From NCBI GenBank assembly GCA_976551045.1, contig CDPCPM010000005.1:1178001-1242000 (forward strand): 64,000 nt of DNA. The letters run 5' to 3'. The position numbers and the translations under genes are program-made. How positions within the stretch are numbered: the stretch's first letter is position 1; the number at the start of each line of letters is the position of its first letter. The notes beneath the pieces were generated by a model. The model saw nothing but the letters and a program-made list of their open reading frames with translations, had not been told where the DNA came from and searched no databases. Shown one piece after another: positions 25,701 through 38,530 of the stretch. This stretch comes from Glaucostegus cemiculus (Eukaryota).

Positions 25701-26949
25701 TGTACTTGAAACATGTATCAGTGTGATCCACTCTCTCCTGATGAGTTAATTAACAAATGCACTTGAGACAGCCTTATTTTAGTAGGCAGACATTCTAACT
25801 AATTGAAAATCTTTCATTAGCCATTGATATAATGGAAATGACAGAATCCATTTCACAAAATAAAATCTGATTTTGTGGCTGTAAAGATTTCTTTTCTACT
25901 TTGGGGGTTGTTTCTAAATTTCTCTCCCAAATACTCCTAGAACTGAAAATATAATCTTGTATAATATGTAAGTTTGAAAGCTATCACCCATCTTTTTCTT
26001 GCTGAAAGAAAGGGAGCACAGATGTTAATTCCCTTTCTTTCCCTTAGCCTTGTAAATGACTCCTCTTAAGATGTCAATTCAATTTTCTTCTGAAAGTAAT
26101 TATTGAACTTACTTTTACTATGTTTTCAGGCAGCTTAATTCCAGATCCAGTTAATTCGTCCCCCTCTCTCTCCCCCCCCAACCCTCTCTCTCACTCTCTC
26201 TCCTCTAGTTTAATTAAGCGTTAAATGGCAGGGTTTCATTAAGAATACAAATAGTCTAGTGGAAGAAGAACCCACAATATTTGAAAAAGGAAATGTTTAT
26301 AAAGGATATAGGGAAAATACAATAAAAGGAGATAAAATTAATAGTCTTGCTAGCAGATACATGAGCGCTTCCCAGATCAACATGGTGTGTTCTTTTTCTC
26401 TTGCTATGTATGAAATGATTGGCTAAGCTGACGCTCAGTTACAGACTAGGTCTGGTGATTTTGCTGCAATGTAACATGAAGTTTTAAACCATATATAGTT
26501 ATGCTTTGAACAATGCATATTTTGTAAATAGAGCGTTACAGTCTTCTTTGGTGTTATACCCAGTCTAAAAGTATTAAAAGGATATGGGACCAAATTGGGT
26601 AGATTAAGTTAGGATTCAGGTCATCCATTATCTTACTGAATGATGAAACAGACTCAAGAGAATGAAAGGTCTCACAGGGTTATAGGTTCATGGAGACATA
26701 CAGCATCAACTACCCATTAATCCCATCTTTATTGTCCCCATATTCTCAACAACTCCACCCAAATTCTACCATTCACTGTATTAGCTGCCTCACTGTGCTG
26801 TCCTGTTTCCTCCAGTTTCTAAACTTCCATAGAGAATAATGTATAGAGTGGGATTCAACCCAATTCCTTGGGTTAAAATGGCTTGCAACTGATAGCTCAA
26901 GATGGCCACAGCAAAAGATAATATGAGCTGCCGGAGCAATGGCCATCAT

Positions 26950-27630
26950 GATCTGTAACTCCCCTCCTCATTCCTACAACAACCTGTCTGTCTTCAGGCT
27001 CCTCCACTGCCAGGGTGAAGCAAAACATAAACCAGAGAAATAGCACCCAATATTGCTCCTGAGTAGTTTACAATCCAACGGTGTAAACATTGAGTTCTCT
27101 ATTTTCAGGTAACCCGCACCCCCTCTGTTCTTTTCTATTCTGGTCCACCCAGGCCCTCTCACACACCCTGTCCTTTCCAACTCTACCTCCCCTCATCCCC
27201 TGCTACCCAGTTTCTTTCCCCTCCCCCACCTGATTCCACCTGGCTATCACCTACACAATCAAACCACTGAGTCTCCTGTTCATGCTCCTTACTGTTCCCA
27301 TAGGCCTACCATCCTTCCCTTTTCTGGTTTCACTCAACATTTTCGTTTCTTATCAAATTCCAAAATCTGCAGCCCTGTCTTCACATCATCTAGCCTTTGT
27401 TGTGATCTCCATCCTTCCCTTCCCCAACCTGGCTCCATTTGCCCATCAATCCCTCCTCACCTGGAACTGCCTATAACTTAGAAGCTCCTGCCTCAGCCCT
27501 CCTCCTCATCTCTCTATGCTGGCTATCTCCCCTTTACACTCTCTGTCCTGATGCAGTGTCACAACCTGAAACATTGACTATCCCTTTGCCTCTGCAGATG
27601 CTGCCTGATTCACTGAGTTCCTCCAGGTAA
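26950..27630 (+). mobile_element. Penelope-like element 3' fragment (GIY-YIG C-terminus plus terminal repeat)
   Basis: Decayed LSVFRLLHCQGEAKHKPE...L.SLQSNGVNIEFS; pyrimidine-rich 3' region; cctgatg...gaaac motif near 27548. Confidence 0.7.
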
Positions 27631-27819
27631 ATCTATTAGATATATTTTCTCTTGTACTCAAATCCTTTTGTATTAAAGGCCAACATACCTTTGCTTTCCT
27701 AATTGATTCCTGTATTTGCACATTAACTTTCGGTGATTCATGTATAAGGATACCCATGACCCTCTGAACAACAACATTTTTTAATGTCTCACCATTTTTT
27801 AGATTTTTTTACTATATAG

Positions 27820-28250
27820 AAACAGTTAATGTTTTGGGGCCGAGACCCTTTGACTGCACTGGGAAAGAAAGAAAACAAGTTAATTTTCAGTAGCAGAGAA
27901 GGTGGAGAGGGATGGGAAAGGAATAATTCTTTTGAAATTCTGCAAGGGGAGGAGAATATGTGTCTGGTGGTGGAATCTTGTTGGAGCTAGTGGAAATTGC
28001 AAGGGACAGTCTGTGGAATGTGAAGGAAGGTGTGGTGGAAGGTGAGAACCAGTAAAACTCTATTTTTGCTTTGTCTGGGAGGAGATAGGATGAGAGCAGG
28101 GGCACAGGAAATTAATAAGATGTGGTCAAGGGTTCTGGTGGAGGGGAAGGAACATTTCCAGAAAAAGGAAAACATTTCAGAGGCACCTGTGTGGAACATC
28201 TCATCATCGGAGAAATTGCATCGGAGAAGGAAGAAGTGGGAGGAAATTGG
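27820..28250 (-). mobile_element. Penelope-like element fragment
   Basis: ORF 27987..28331: LRCNFSDDEMFH...SEMFSFF...RVLLVLTFH. Confidence 0.65.
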
Positions 28251-28564
28251 ATATAATATATTTGGTTCTTTCATCCAATCTTTGAAGTGGATTGTGAACA
28301 CCTGGGATTTCAGCATCAATCCCTGTGACACTCACATTAGTTACAGTCCCCCAGTTTCAAAAATAGTTCCTGTTTGTTTTTTTCTATACATTAACCAATC
28401 CTCAGTCTACACCAGGATATTATGCTCTGTGTATATCATGTGGTGTACATGGGAAACTCGGGCACACAAACTGAAAACCCTAATAAAAAGGCAACTTGTT
28501 AAGTTAGTGTTTGGCAGCCCATCCCTAATGTCACTCTGTTAAACTCAGGAGGAGAGAAAAAGAT

Positions 28565-28790
28565 TTATCCCCAGTCTTGTGGCAAATATTTAGCCTTCCT
28601 TCAACAAAACTAAAAGTGGAATATTTGATAATTTCCTAATTGCTTTAAGTGGGAGTGTCCAGTGCGCAAACTAGCTGCTGTGTTTCCAACATTCAGCAAT
28701 GTTTATACTTCAAAAAGACTTTACTGGTTGTAAAGAAAATTTGGGATGTACTGAAGCTTTGAAAGGTGCAATGGAAATGCTGCTGTTTCT
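28565..28790 (+). mobile_element. Deu-domain SINE (SacSINE/AmnSINE-like) 3' part
   Basis: gtgggag...tgcgcaaactagctgctgtgtttcc...acttcaaaaag...ttggttgtaaag. Confidence 0.6.
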
Positions 28791-28936
28791 TTTCACCACA
28801 AACAGAATTAAATTCACAAGTAAATTACCAGAATTGGTGGAAATCCAAAATAAAATCAGAACCTGTCAGGGAGCATTTGTATACAAAGAAACAGAGCTAA
28901 TATTTCAGATGAGCACAGTTCCATCTTCAATACTAT

Positions 28937-30078
28937 AATTCCAAGCAAACTCATCACCAAACTATGAGGCCTGGGACTCAACACCTTCCTCTGCAACTGG
29001 ATCCCTGACTTTCTGACCAACAGACTGCAATGTGAGGATAGGCAGCAACACCTCCAGCACGATTATTCTCAACACTGGTACCCCACAAGGCTGTATCCTC
29101 AGCCCTCTACTCCCTCTTTACTCATGACTGCATGGCCAGGTTCTACTCTAATGCCATCTACAAATTTGCAGATGATACCACCATAGTGGGCCGTATCTCA
29201 AATAATGATGAGTCGGAGTACAGGAAGAAAATAGAGAGCTTAGTTACATGGTGTCATGACAACAACCTTTCCCTCAATGTCAGCAAAACAAAAGAGCTGG
29301 TCATTTACTTCAGGAAAGGGGGCGGTGTACATGCACCTGTCTACAACAATGGTGCTGAGATCGATAGGGTTGAGAGTTTCAAGTTTCTGGGAGTGAACAT
29401 CACCAACAGCCTGTCCTGGTCCAACCATATAGACGCCATGCCAAGAAAGCTCGCCAGACCCTCGACTTCCTCAGGAGGCTAAAGAAATTCAGTATGTCCC
29501 CTTTGACACTCACCAACTTTTATCGATGCACCATAGAAAACATCCTCTCTGGATGCATTATGGCTTGGTATGGCAACTGCTCTGCCCATGATTGCAAGAA
29601 ACTATGGAGAGTTGTGGACATAGCCCAGCACATTACGGAAACCAGCTTCCCCTCCATGGACCCTAGCTATACCTCTCATTGCCTTGGTGAAACAGCCAGC
29701 ATAATCAAAAACCCCACCCACCCGGGTCATTCTCTATTCTCCCCTCTCCCATCAGGCAGAAGATACAGGAGCCTGAGGGGACATACCACCTGGCTCAAGG
29801 ACAGCTTCTATCCCACTGTGATAAGACTATTGAACGGTTCCCTGACACGATGAGATTGATTTTTGACCTCAAAATCTACCTTGTTGTGACATTGCACCTT
29901 ATTGTCTACCTGCAATGCCCTTTGCTGTAGCTGTGACACTTTACTCTGTATTCTGTTATTGTTTTCACCCTGTACTAGCTCAATGCTCTGTGTAATGAAT
30001 TGATCTGTATGAACAGTATGCAAGACAAGTTTTTCACTGTACCTTGGTACAAGTAACAGTAATAAACAAATACCAATA
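28937..30078 (+). mobile_element. Rex1/Babar element, 5'-truncated and frameshifted (older family)
   Basis: ORFs 29132 (KFADDTTIVG) and 29494 (PSGRRYRSL); 3' UTR shared with 3447..4441. Confidence 0.92.
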
Positions 30079-30256
30079 ATTTGAACTGGAAAAAATTTAC
30101 TGACAAAATGAATTTTCAGATATAGTCAAGGGGCTGGGGATGGTGGTGGGGGTTAGTTACGAAAGTGTGAGTTGGTAGGCCGGAAACTCAGGTTGATTTT
30201 GAACTGACCATTTTATGTGGTGAGATATGTAATGAGGATTTCTATCATCTTTTAAG

Positions 30257-30354
30257 GCAAAGGTAAAGTCTGTCAGTCCAGAAGTAGAGTTACACCATCG
30301 GCACCACAATCGATCCACTGTGTTAAGCGCTGAGGAACTGAGCAAGTTGGCAAG
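30257..30354 (+). CDS. Coding exon C (AKVKSVSPEVELHHRHHNRSTVLSAEELSKLA-R, phase 0-2)
   Basis: Acceptor tttctatcatcttttaag, donor ag|gtatgg; only one open frame; non-repeat sequence with retained CpGs. Confidence 0.65.
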
Positions 30355-31499
30355 GTATGGTTGTGATATTTCAGTTCATATATAGAAAAGTAACATTGTT
30401 AGAAATAGCCACTTTTCAAGGAAAATATTTTAAAAGAGAGGCTGTGCATTGTTTAGCTTGAAAAAAAAGTAAGAAGATTAAGCTCTATGGACTCAACAGT
30501 TCAGGCAGCATCTGTGGAGAGAGAAATAGAGAGGGCCTCTTATTTTGTTGGAATGGAATTTTATCGACCTGAATCCTTGACTATGATTCTCTCTCCACAG
30601 ATATTGCTTCTTATTTTTAAATTGGTTAGAATTTAAATGTCCAGCATTTGCCATTTATATTTCTGGCTTCCAGAATCTGAACTATTTTCTCTTGGTATTC
30701 AATTAATATGATTAGCTTGTATATTTGATAATGGACAAGTCATGAAGGTTACAAATTGCAAATCGGGAACCTATGTACAGAACTGATTTTGTGCTTTTTG
30801 TGCTGTCATTTCATAGAGCCCATTGAAGTAAGACCCTCATTAAAAAGTGTGCAACCGATATTTTGTCATTCTGCCAAGGGCAACCAGTATCCACAGGCCT
30901 AATGTAGGAGTGTTGCCTTGTGGCATAATCATTATCCGTAGTATGAATCCACAGCTAGGTTGGGAGAGCAAGGGAGCAATCTGTAAAAGTAGTGTTATTT
31001 GTAAATTCCCCTTATGGAAAGTCTTGGTCTCATCTTTGACCTGGACCCCATTGATAAGGCCTACACCTATCTTTGTGAAGTCAGTACACCTCATTCCTCT
31101 GTAACAATCTCAACTGATGCATCTGTTTCCAATTGAGCCAGTGGAGTGGAATTCCACCAAAGGGTGTGGCCACCGCTGTTGTGCTCCCTTGGTATTATTT
31201 ACTTGTGAATGATGTATAAGAGCAGGCCAGGGTAAGTAGTTTCATGTCCAAGGATTGGTACAAATGTGGAACTTGATACCAAATGAGCAGCTGATGTGCA
31301 TAGTAATAGTGTATTTGAACAGAAGATAGCAAAACACACATGAGGTCAAGGAGAAGAAAGTTACGCTAATGAAACTAGATAAAGTGAGGTGGGAGGAAGC
31401 TCATGTGCACCCTTAATACTGCATGGAACAGATGGGATGAATAGTGCATCTCTGTTGTGAATACTGCATATACTTCTGGTCATCACGTAATAATACATT

Positions 31500-32120
31500 G
31501 CACTGGAAATGGTGCAGTGGAGATGTATGAGGATTTCTCTGGGAATGAAAATTGTAGCTGCATGGAAAGGTTAGGTAAGCAATGTAGAAAGATTGGATTG
31601 CTAGAATTTTTTTCTTTGCAACAGAGGAGGCTGAGGGGAGACTTATTTGAGGTGCATAAAATTATGAGGAGCCTAGACAGAGTAAATAGGAAGGCTCTAT
31701 TTCCCATTGTAGAGGCACTAAAACCAGGGGGCATAGATTTAATGTAATAAATTTAAAGTAAATGAGCCACTTTTCAAGGAAAATGTTTAAATAAAGAGGC
31801 TGTGCATTGTTTAACTTGAAAAAATGTAAGAAGATTAAGCTCTATGGACTCAGCAGTTCAGGCAGCATCTGTAGAGAGAGAAATAGAGAGGGCCTCTTAT
31901 TTTTTTGAAATGGAAATCTTTCTCATCCATATGGTGGGAGGGCTAAGGAACTCAGTGCTGGAACAAGTGGTAGAGGCAGTAATCATTCTAAAAGTACCTG
32001 GATGGGTACTTGAAGAGCTGCATCCTGCATGGCTAGGGGACTAGTATCAGAAATCAGGATTATGCTTATGATTATCTCTTTTTCAACAGGCATAGGCAAA
32101 ATGGGCCAAGTGGTTTCCTT
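31500..32120 (+). mobile_element. Degraded CR1 3' fragment interrupted by a 151-bp local copy
   Basis: FSLQQRRLRGDLFEVHKIMRSLDRV in ORF 31457. Confidence 0.75.
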
Positions 32121-33168
32121 CTATTATTTTTTTTCTCAAAGAGGAAGATAAACTATATGGGATTTCTGCTGGTCAGTGAAATTCGGTCCCCTTTAGCTTT
32201 CAAATGTGAACTGAGGGGTGTCTAGTTTTACTTCAGAAAGCCGATTACTCTGGATACTGGAAATCTGGACTATGAACAGAGAATGCAGGAGATCCCCATA
32301 AGGTCAGGGGAAATAGAATTAGCGTTTTGGGTTGTTCAAGTTCTAAAGAAAGGTCATTAACCTGAAATGTGGACATTGTTTTTGGCTTGCATATCTGCAG
32401 AGTATTTACAATTTTTTCTGTTCCTTTTTCTGCTTTTGGTTTGCTATTTGTCAGAGGCTAATGAAAATGCAGGAACACACACTTAATGATTTCATCACAA
32501 GATGCCCGATAGTAATGATAGAGCATCAGGGGATGTTTCCTAAATTTCATCTTTTCATCTCTGGACCGTGCAACTGGAGTTGGGAATGGCTGAATGCCAG
32601 CAGAGAAACAGATCATTTATCAACAGTTCATTGAATGTGCACAGGGCCGAAATGGCAGTCCTGACTTCTGTTTTTAAATCTTTTGTTGCTATTGCATAAA
32701 TCAAGGAATTCAATCTGAAAATCATGCTGAGCAGCACAACAACCATTATTGCTTAACCTATTTCCATGAAATTACCATTTTAATGGCAGTATTAGGCCAT
32801 TTATTTTATCAGACCATTTTAAGCTATTCATACAGTCATCCTTATGATGACAGCATCAGTTAGTCATTTATTATTCTAAACCAGTACCCTTACATATGCC
32901 AGTAATGATCCTCTGTACCAAGAATGGTAATTGTCCCTGGTAATGATGCGCAGTTCAGTTGTGATTGCTTGATATGCTCAGTGCGTTCTGCTTTGCATCC
33001 TATATATGCTGGAATGCTTTATACTGAATAGTTGTGGACAGTTTACATGTAATTGTTCAACACATGTGGCTTACTTAAGATGCCCTTTTGCTGGAAGAGT
33101 AATATTGTTGCTGGAAGGTGCTACAGCCCTCCAATGGTTAAACTGCCAACTGTTTGCCTGTTAACTAG

Positions 33169-33224
33169 ATGGTCAGCCAAGCATAGCACTTATACCTTTT
33201 CAAATTTAGAACAAAGTTTTCCAG
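33169..33224 (+). CDS. Coding exon D (WSAKHSTYTFSNLEQSFP, phase 2-1)
   Basis: Acceptor tgtttgcctgttaactag, consensus donor cag|gtaagt; phases match exons C and E. Confidence 0.6.
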
Positions 33225-33249
33225 GTAAGTGAGAAGTATTAAATTATGC

Positions 33250-34070
33250 TTCTGACGTGTTCCTTGCAGATGCTGGAAAGCCTTGGAGAATCAGATGAGT
33301 CATTCCACTTAGGATATCCAGCAACTAACCTGTCCTTGTAGCCTTAGTATTTATTGGCTAGTTCAGTTGAGGTGCTGGACAATGGTCACTTCCCTCCCCT
33401 CATCCCAACCCCAAGATGTTGATGCTGTTCTCTCAATAATGGTGATGCCACTGAACGTCAAAGGGAGATGGTTAAACTCTTTTAGTGGAGACATTTGTTG
33501 CCTGGTACTTGGGTGGCTTGAAGTTAACTTGCCACTTTTCAGTCCTTGCTGGAATGTTATCTAGGACTTGCTGCATGAAGAGACAAACTATCTCATTACC
33601 TGAGGAATTGTGAAGGGAATGATTAAGTATTCCCGCTTGTTATTTTATGCCTGTGGGAAGCTCATTACTGAGATGGTTGAAGATGCCCAGAAGAACCCCT
33701 GAACCGATGGCCTGGGGGAGAGATAATCACCATTCAACAAACGCAGCTGTTTTCCTTTGTGCTGTACTAGCCAGTGGAAAGTTTTCGCTTGACTCCCATT
33801 GCCTTCAGTTTTACCAGGACTTCTTATTGTCACATTTGGACCAATGAAGATTTGATGTCAAGGACTGTTACTCTCATGTCACCTCTGGAGTTAAGTCTTT
33901 GGTCCACATTAGGATGAAAGCTGTAATGAAATCCAGAGCTAAGTGGTCCTAGCAAAACCCAAACTATACATCGATGAGCAAATTATTGAGGAGTAAATAG
34001 CACTTAATAGCACTGTCAATGGCACCCACTATCACTTTTCAAATGATCGATTGTAGGCAAATGTGGCGGT
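33250..34070 (-). mobile_element. Old LINE remnant
   Basis: Degraded RT-region sequence of the same family as the host LINE at 14660..17770. Confidence 0.55.
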
Positions 34071-34558
34071 AGACCGACTCCGATAATCTATACAATGATT
34101 CGAAAACCCTGATGGTTAGGCATCTGACTCACCAGACAATGTCTGCCGCTCTCCCTACCCACTCAACAGGGCCTGTGTTCCTGTACTTCATTTCATCTCA
34201 CCAGGGCCCTGGTTCCTGTGCTCCATTTCCACTCTTCTGGGCCCATTCTCTTCAGTTCCTTTTCATTCAGCTGTTCCACTGGAAAATTTATAATACTTGG
34301 ATGATTGAATACCTGTGATTAATGGTGTTCCACATGGATCAGTGCTGGGACCCTTGCTGTTTGTAATATAGATGAATAATATGGATGTACAAGACATAAT
34401 TAGTAATTTCGCAGATGACATGGAGATTATTGGAGATGTTGATAATGTGGAGGGTGTCTTGGACTGCAGGGTGATATTGATATAATGGTGGAATGGGTTG
34501 AGAAGTGGCAGATTATTGTTAATGCTTCAGTCTTATCTTTAACACTTACCTGCTGGGC

Positions 34559-35712
34559 TCAGAATCAGAATCAGTTTTATTGTCACAACCATATACATAC
34601 ATAGTATGCATAGGAGCGAGATACCGTCCTCCTCAGGTGCTCGTCCCATAAAAATAACATAACAACCAACAGAGACACACATACACACTTGGCAGAATAC
34701 ACAGTACAAAACATTACACATTAGAAGCTATGGAGGTTAAAATTAAATTATTACGCAGATTAAATTAAAAATGGCCAGTAAATAAATAAATAGTTATTAA
34801 AGTGAACGGGCTGGAGTTGGGCATTTAAAGTGCTGGTGCATTTCTGTGCACCTAGCATCTCTTAGTGTTAACAAAGGAAGATGGAGGGATGAGAGAGTTT
34901 GCAGTTCTGATGGCTTGCGGAAAGAAGCTATTGTTCTGCCTGGTCGTTCTTGCCCTGATACATTTAAGCCTCCTCCCTGATGGCAAAATTGTGAAGAGGT
35001 GGTGGGAGGGGTGAGAAGGGTCGGCCATTATGCTTTTGGTCTTCCTCACACAACGGTCTTTGTATCTGTCTGCGAGGGATGGAAGCGAGACACCTATGAT
35101 CCACTCTGCAGCCTTAATTATCTTCTGGAGGGACTTCCGCCCAGCAGCTGAGCAGCTTCCAAACCAAACAGTGATACATTGAGTTAGGATGCTCTCAATG
35201 GTCCCCCTGTAGAAGGATTTCATGATGGAGGGATGGGGGTACGCTTTCCTCAGTCTCCGCAGGAAGTAGAGGCGTTTCTGAGCCTTCTTCGTGAGGGCCA
35301 TAATGTTAGTGGACCAGGTCAGGTCGTCGGTGATGTGCACCCCCAGGAACTTGGTGCTGCGTACTTGTTCCACAGCAGACCCGTTGATGGTCAGCGGGGC
35401 ATGCACACGGTGACCCCTCCTAAAATCCACTATCATCTCCTTAGTTTTATCCACATTCAAGGAGAGGTTGTTGTCATGGCACCACACGGCTAGTTGTTTC
35501 ACCTCCTCTCTGTAGTCTGACTCATCGTCATTCGTGACAAGACCCACCACTGTCGTGTCATCGGCAAATTTAACAATGGGGTTGGAGCTGAATCTGGCCT
35601 CACAGTCGTGGGTCAACAAGGTGAACAGGAGCGGACTGAGCACACAACCCTGTGGGGAGCCAGTGCTCAGTGTGATGGTGCTTGAGGTGTTTTCACCAAT
35701 TTTGACCCCTGT
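34559..35712 (-). mobile_element. Young Rex1/Babar element copy 2, 5'-truncated
   Basis: Uninterrupted ORF 34852..35715 with GSPQGCVLSPLLF and KFADD; (CTGATT)n tail; near-identical to copy 1. Confidence 0.95.
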
Positions 35713-36587
35713 CATTGAATCATGATAATGAGAGTATTTTCCTGTTAGTTATATAATTGTTGACCACCATTTGTGACTGGCAAGCATGTTATATGCAGAA
35801 AGAAAATTGAGGGAGTGGCTGTGCATCAGTTGCCTTTGCAATATGTCCTTGAACTATGGATGCCCCAGTGCTGGTCTACAAGCAAATAGATGCATGCAGA
35901 ATGAGGTCCACAATCACCTTGACTGCAATTGCTGTTCAATTGGTGGAGACTGGAACAGATGCTACAGTTATATAAATACTGCACTGAACTTGATCCCACA
36001 GATCAAGTTAGATCTTGGCTTGTATTTGTTGCTTGCATATTATTAGTGTGACCAGCCAACTTGCTTCTGGCACCATCTGACATCCTTGCCCATACTTATT
36101 TGTTCTACTTCCTCCTCTTCCAGTAAATCAATTGTGAAGGGAGCTTTGAAAGCAATCCCCAAAGCTTATAAGTGCATGTTCGTAAAATCAAATTAACCTC
36201 GCTGCCCTTGTGTTTCATTTTCCAATGTGTGAGAGACTGGTTGGTCTTTGGTGCTCATTTGAAATAGGAGAAATTAGCACAATGCATGGAAACAAGAAAT
36301 TCATGAACATTTTCCTTAAAGGATTTTGATGAGCATATTCAAATCACTAATATATAGCTGGGCAGTTGCTGCAAATTATCTGCTTGGAGCATTCGGCACT
36401 GCATTCAGCAAGTGTCTGTGTTCACAATGACTTAATTGCTTTTGTTATTAGCTAAACCAATAATGCTTACAGACCAACTGCAAAAAAAATGTAAGTTAAA
36501 AAACACACTCTGTTACATAAATGTTCAAAATACTTTGTGACATGCAGTTGTAAAATGAAGGTGATACCTTATGTATTGTTATACACT

Positions 36588-36860
36588 AGTGCTGTCTGTG
36601 TGGAGTTTGCATGTTCTCCGTGTGACTGCGTGAGATTCTCCCAGTGCTCTGGTTTCCTCACACATCCCAAAGATGTGCAGGTTGGTAGGTTAATTGGCTA
36701 CAATAAATTGTCTCTTGTCTAGATGAATGTAGGAGAGTCGGTGGGGGAAGGGGAGGGGGGAGTTGATTGACATGTGAGAGAGAATAGGTTTCAGGAAAAT
36801 AAGTAGGAGAATGGAATTCATGTGTGGCTCTGAGAGCCAGTAATGACTTGATGGACTGAA
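36588..36860 (+). mobile_element. V-SINE (older, 5'-truncated)
   Basis: gtgtggagtttgcatgttctcc...ctctggtttcctcacacatcccaaag core. Confidence 0.75.
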
Positions 36861-37095
36861 TGAAAAGTGAGAATGCTTAATACCTGATGAGGTTCCATGC
36901 TGAATTTGTGGATTTGTGCCTTTTTTTTGTGCATGGCAGATGATAGATATAAATCTGTGCTTCAAGTATATTATGCTTTCTTTGATTACCAGTTCATGCA
37001 TCTACTGTATTCCGAATGTAAAAGAACAGCAACCTGTGGGAATCTCCCATTTTGTGCTTCTATCCCACATAAAAGGTAATTTCTTTGTGCAATAG

Positions 37096-37161
37096 TGTTG
37101 TCGTCAAATCAATTGTCTGGGAATTCATCCCCAGTCCATGCTGCTGAATTTCGAAGGCAGG
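37096..37161 (+). CDS. Coding exon E (V-LSSNQLSGNSSPVHAAEFRRQ-G, phase 1-1)
   Basis: Acceptor tttctttgtgcaatag; weak donor g|gtacat at 37162, with a stronger alternative gtaagt at 37236; lies in ORF 37095..37286. Confidence 0.55.
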
Positions 37162-38308
37162 GTACATCACACAGTTACTTCTATATAGTTCAGTTGGTGC
37201 TATCAACCAGGAATGAATTTCTAGGCAAATGTAAGGTAAGTGGCCCTGAAAAAGAATCAATATGTTATGCTCCTACTTTGTTTTAATTAAGGCCTTTCCT
37301 CTGATTTAGTAACTAAAAGTTGATACTGTGATCTTTAGCAGCTGAATGACTGGGCAGGAGGAGACACTGCCTTAAGTTTTAACATTTAGTGCCTTAGCCT
37401 CCTTAAACTCCAGACCTTTATGTAAATTAAAGCAGCGAGCTGAAGCAGCTGATGTGTACACCAGGTTAAATCTCCATTTCATATGCACATAATCTACCCC
37501 AGGGGCTTTGTAACCTTCTGGAAATACAATTTAAAGATTCAAGAATGACATTAGGAAGAAAATAGCCAGTAACTAAGACTGGCATATAGAAGAATCAGAT
37601 GACTGTCAGCTGTTGCGCAGACTTCAGCCAGTGAACTGGTGTCTCTTGTTAAGAAACAATATTTTGTTGTCCAGTGTACTACCTCATGGTTCAAATCAAC
37701 CGGAACTAATCTCTGGCAAAACCGTTCTCCATATAGAATGTTTGACTAGTGATCAGACAAAGAAATTTAAATTATCTACCTTTGCATGATAGAAAGAAAT
37801 GTTATATTTATATTGCAACTTTCATGACCAAAGAATATCCTAAAGTGCCTTACAGCCAATGATTAGCAGTCATTGTTGTAACTTTGGAAATGGGGCATTA
37901 TCTTCATTGATATGTACTCGAGATGTAAGGATCTTGTGTGATGGAAGGACCTATAATGCACCAATTGGTCCTTGCATGAGTACAAAATGGCATTAAAAAT
38001 CATCTTCATGGGTAATGAGTGTATTATCTAGTGATGTGCTCTGAAAGAGTTTGTGGCAAAGATAGCCAGCTGTTGAGCTCAGTACATTAAAGCATAAGAG
38101 CAGGAAAAAGCCATTTAGCCCTTCAAGACTATCTCCTTTCCATTCAGTGTGAGTCTGCTTGATCTGAGATCTGACTTTTTGTAGTCACCTTTGATCTATA
38201 TCTCTCACTACCTTTGGCTAACACAAATCAGTCAGACTCAGCTTTATAAATTATTGGTAGATTCAGCATCACTTGCCATTTGTGAAGCTGTCACAATATT
38301 TTGGAATA

Positions 38309-38530
38309 TTTAGCGCGACGCTATTAAAGCGCCAGCGATCAGGGTTTGATTCCCGTCACTGTCTGTAACGAGTTTGTATGTTCTCCCATGTCTGCGTGGG
38401 TTTCCTCTGGGTGCTCCGGTTTCCTCCCACATTCCAAAGACGTATGGGTAGGTTTATTTGGGTTTAAAATGGGCGGCGCGGACTCGTTGGGCCGGAAGGG
38501 CCTGTTACCATGCTGTAAATAAAATTTAAA
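38309..38530 (+). mobile_element. V-SINE (same young family as 7560..7800)
   Basis: High similarity to 7560..7800. Confidence 0.85.

Larger units (their letters stand above)
23604..26424. repeat. Diverged local direct duplication (23604-24640 vs 25949-26424)
   Basis: Collinear similarity once the CR1 insert in the first copy is removed. Confidence 0.9.

Noticed and set aside
28030-28542. 170-aa + strand ORF
   Set aside because: Antisense read-through of Penelope-like and CR1 fragments.
33210-33224. 15-nt micro-exon (tag|aacaaagttttccag|gtaagt)
   Set aside because: It leads to a stop in exon E; the upstream acceptor at 33168 gives a phase-consistent 56-nt exon instead.
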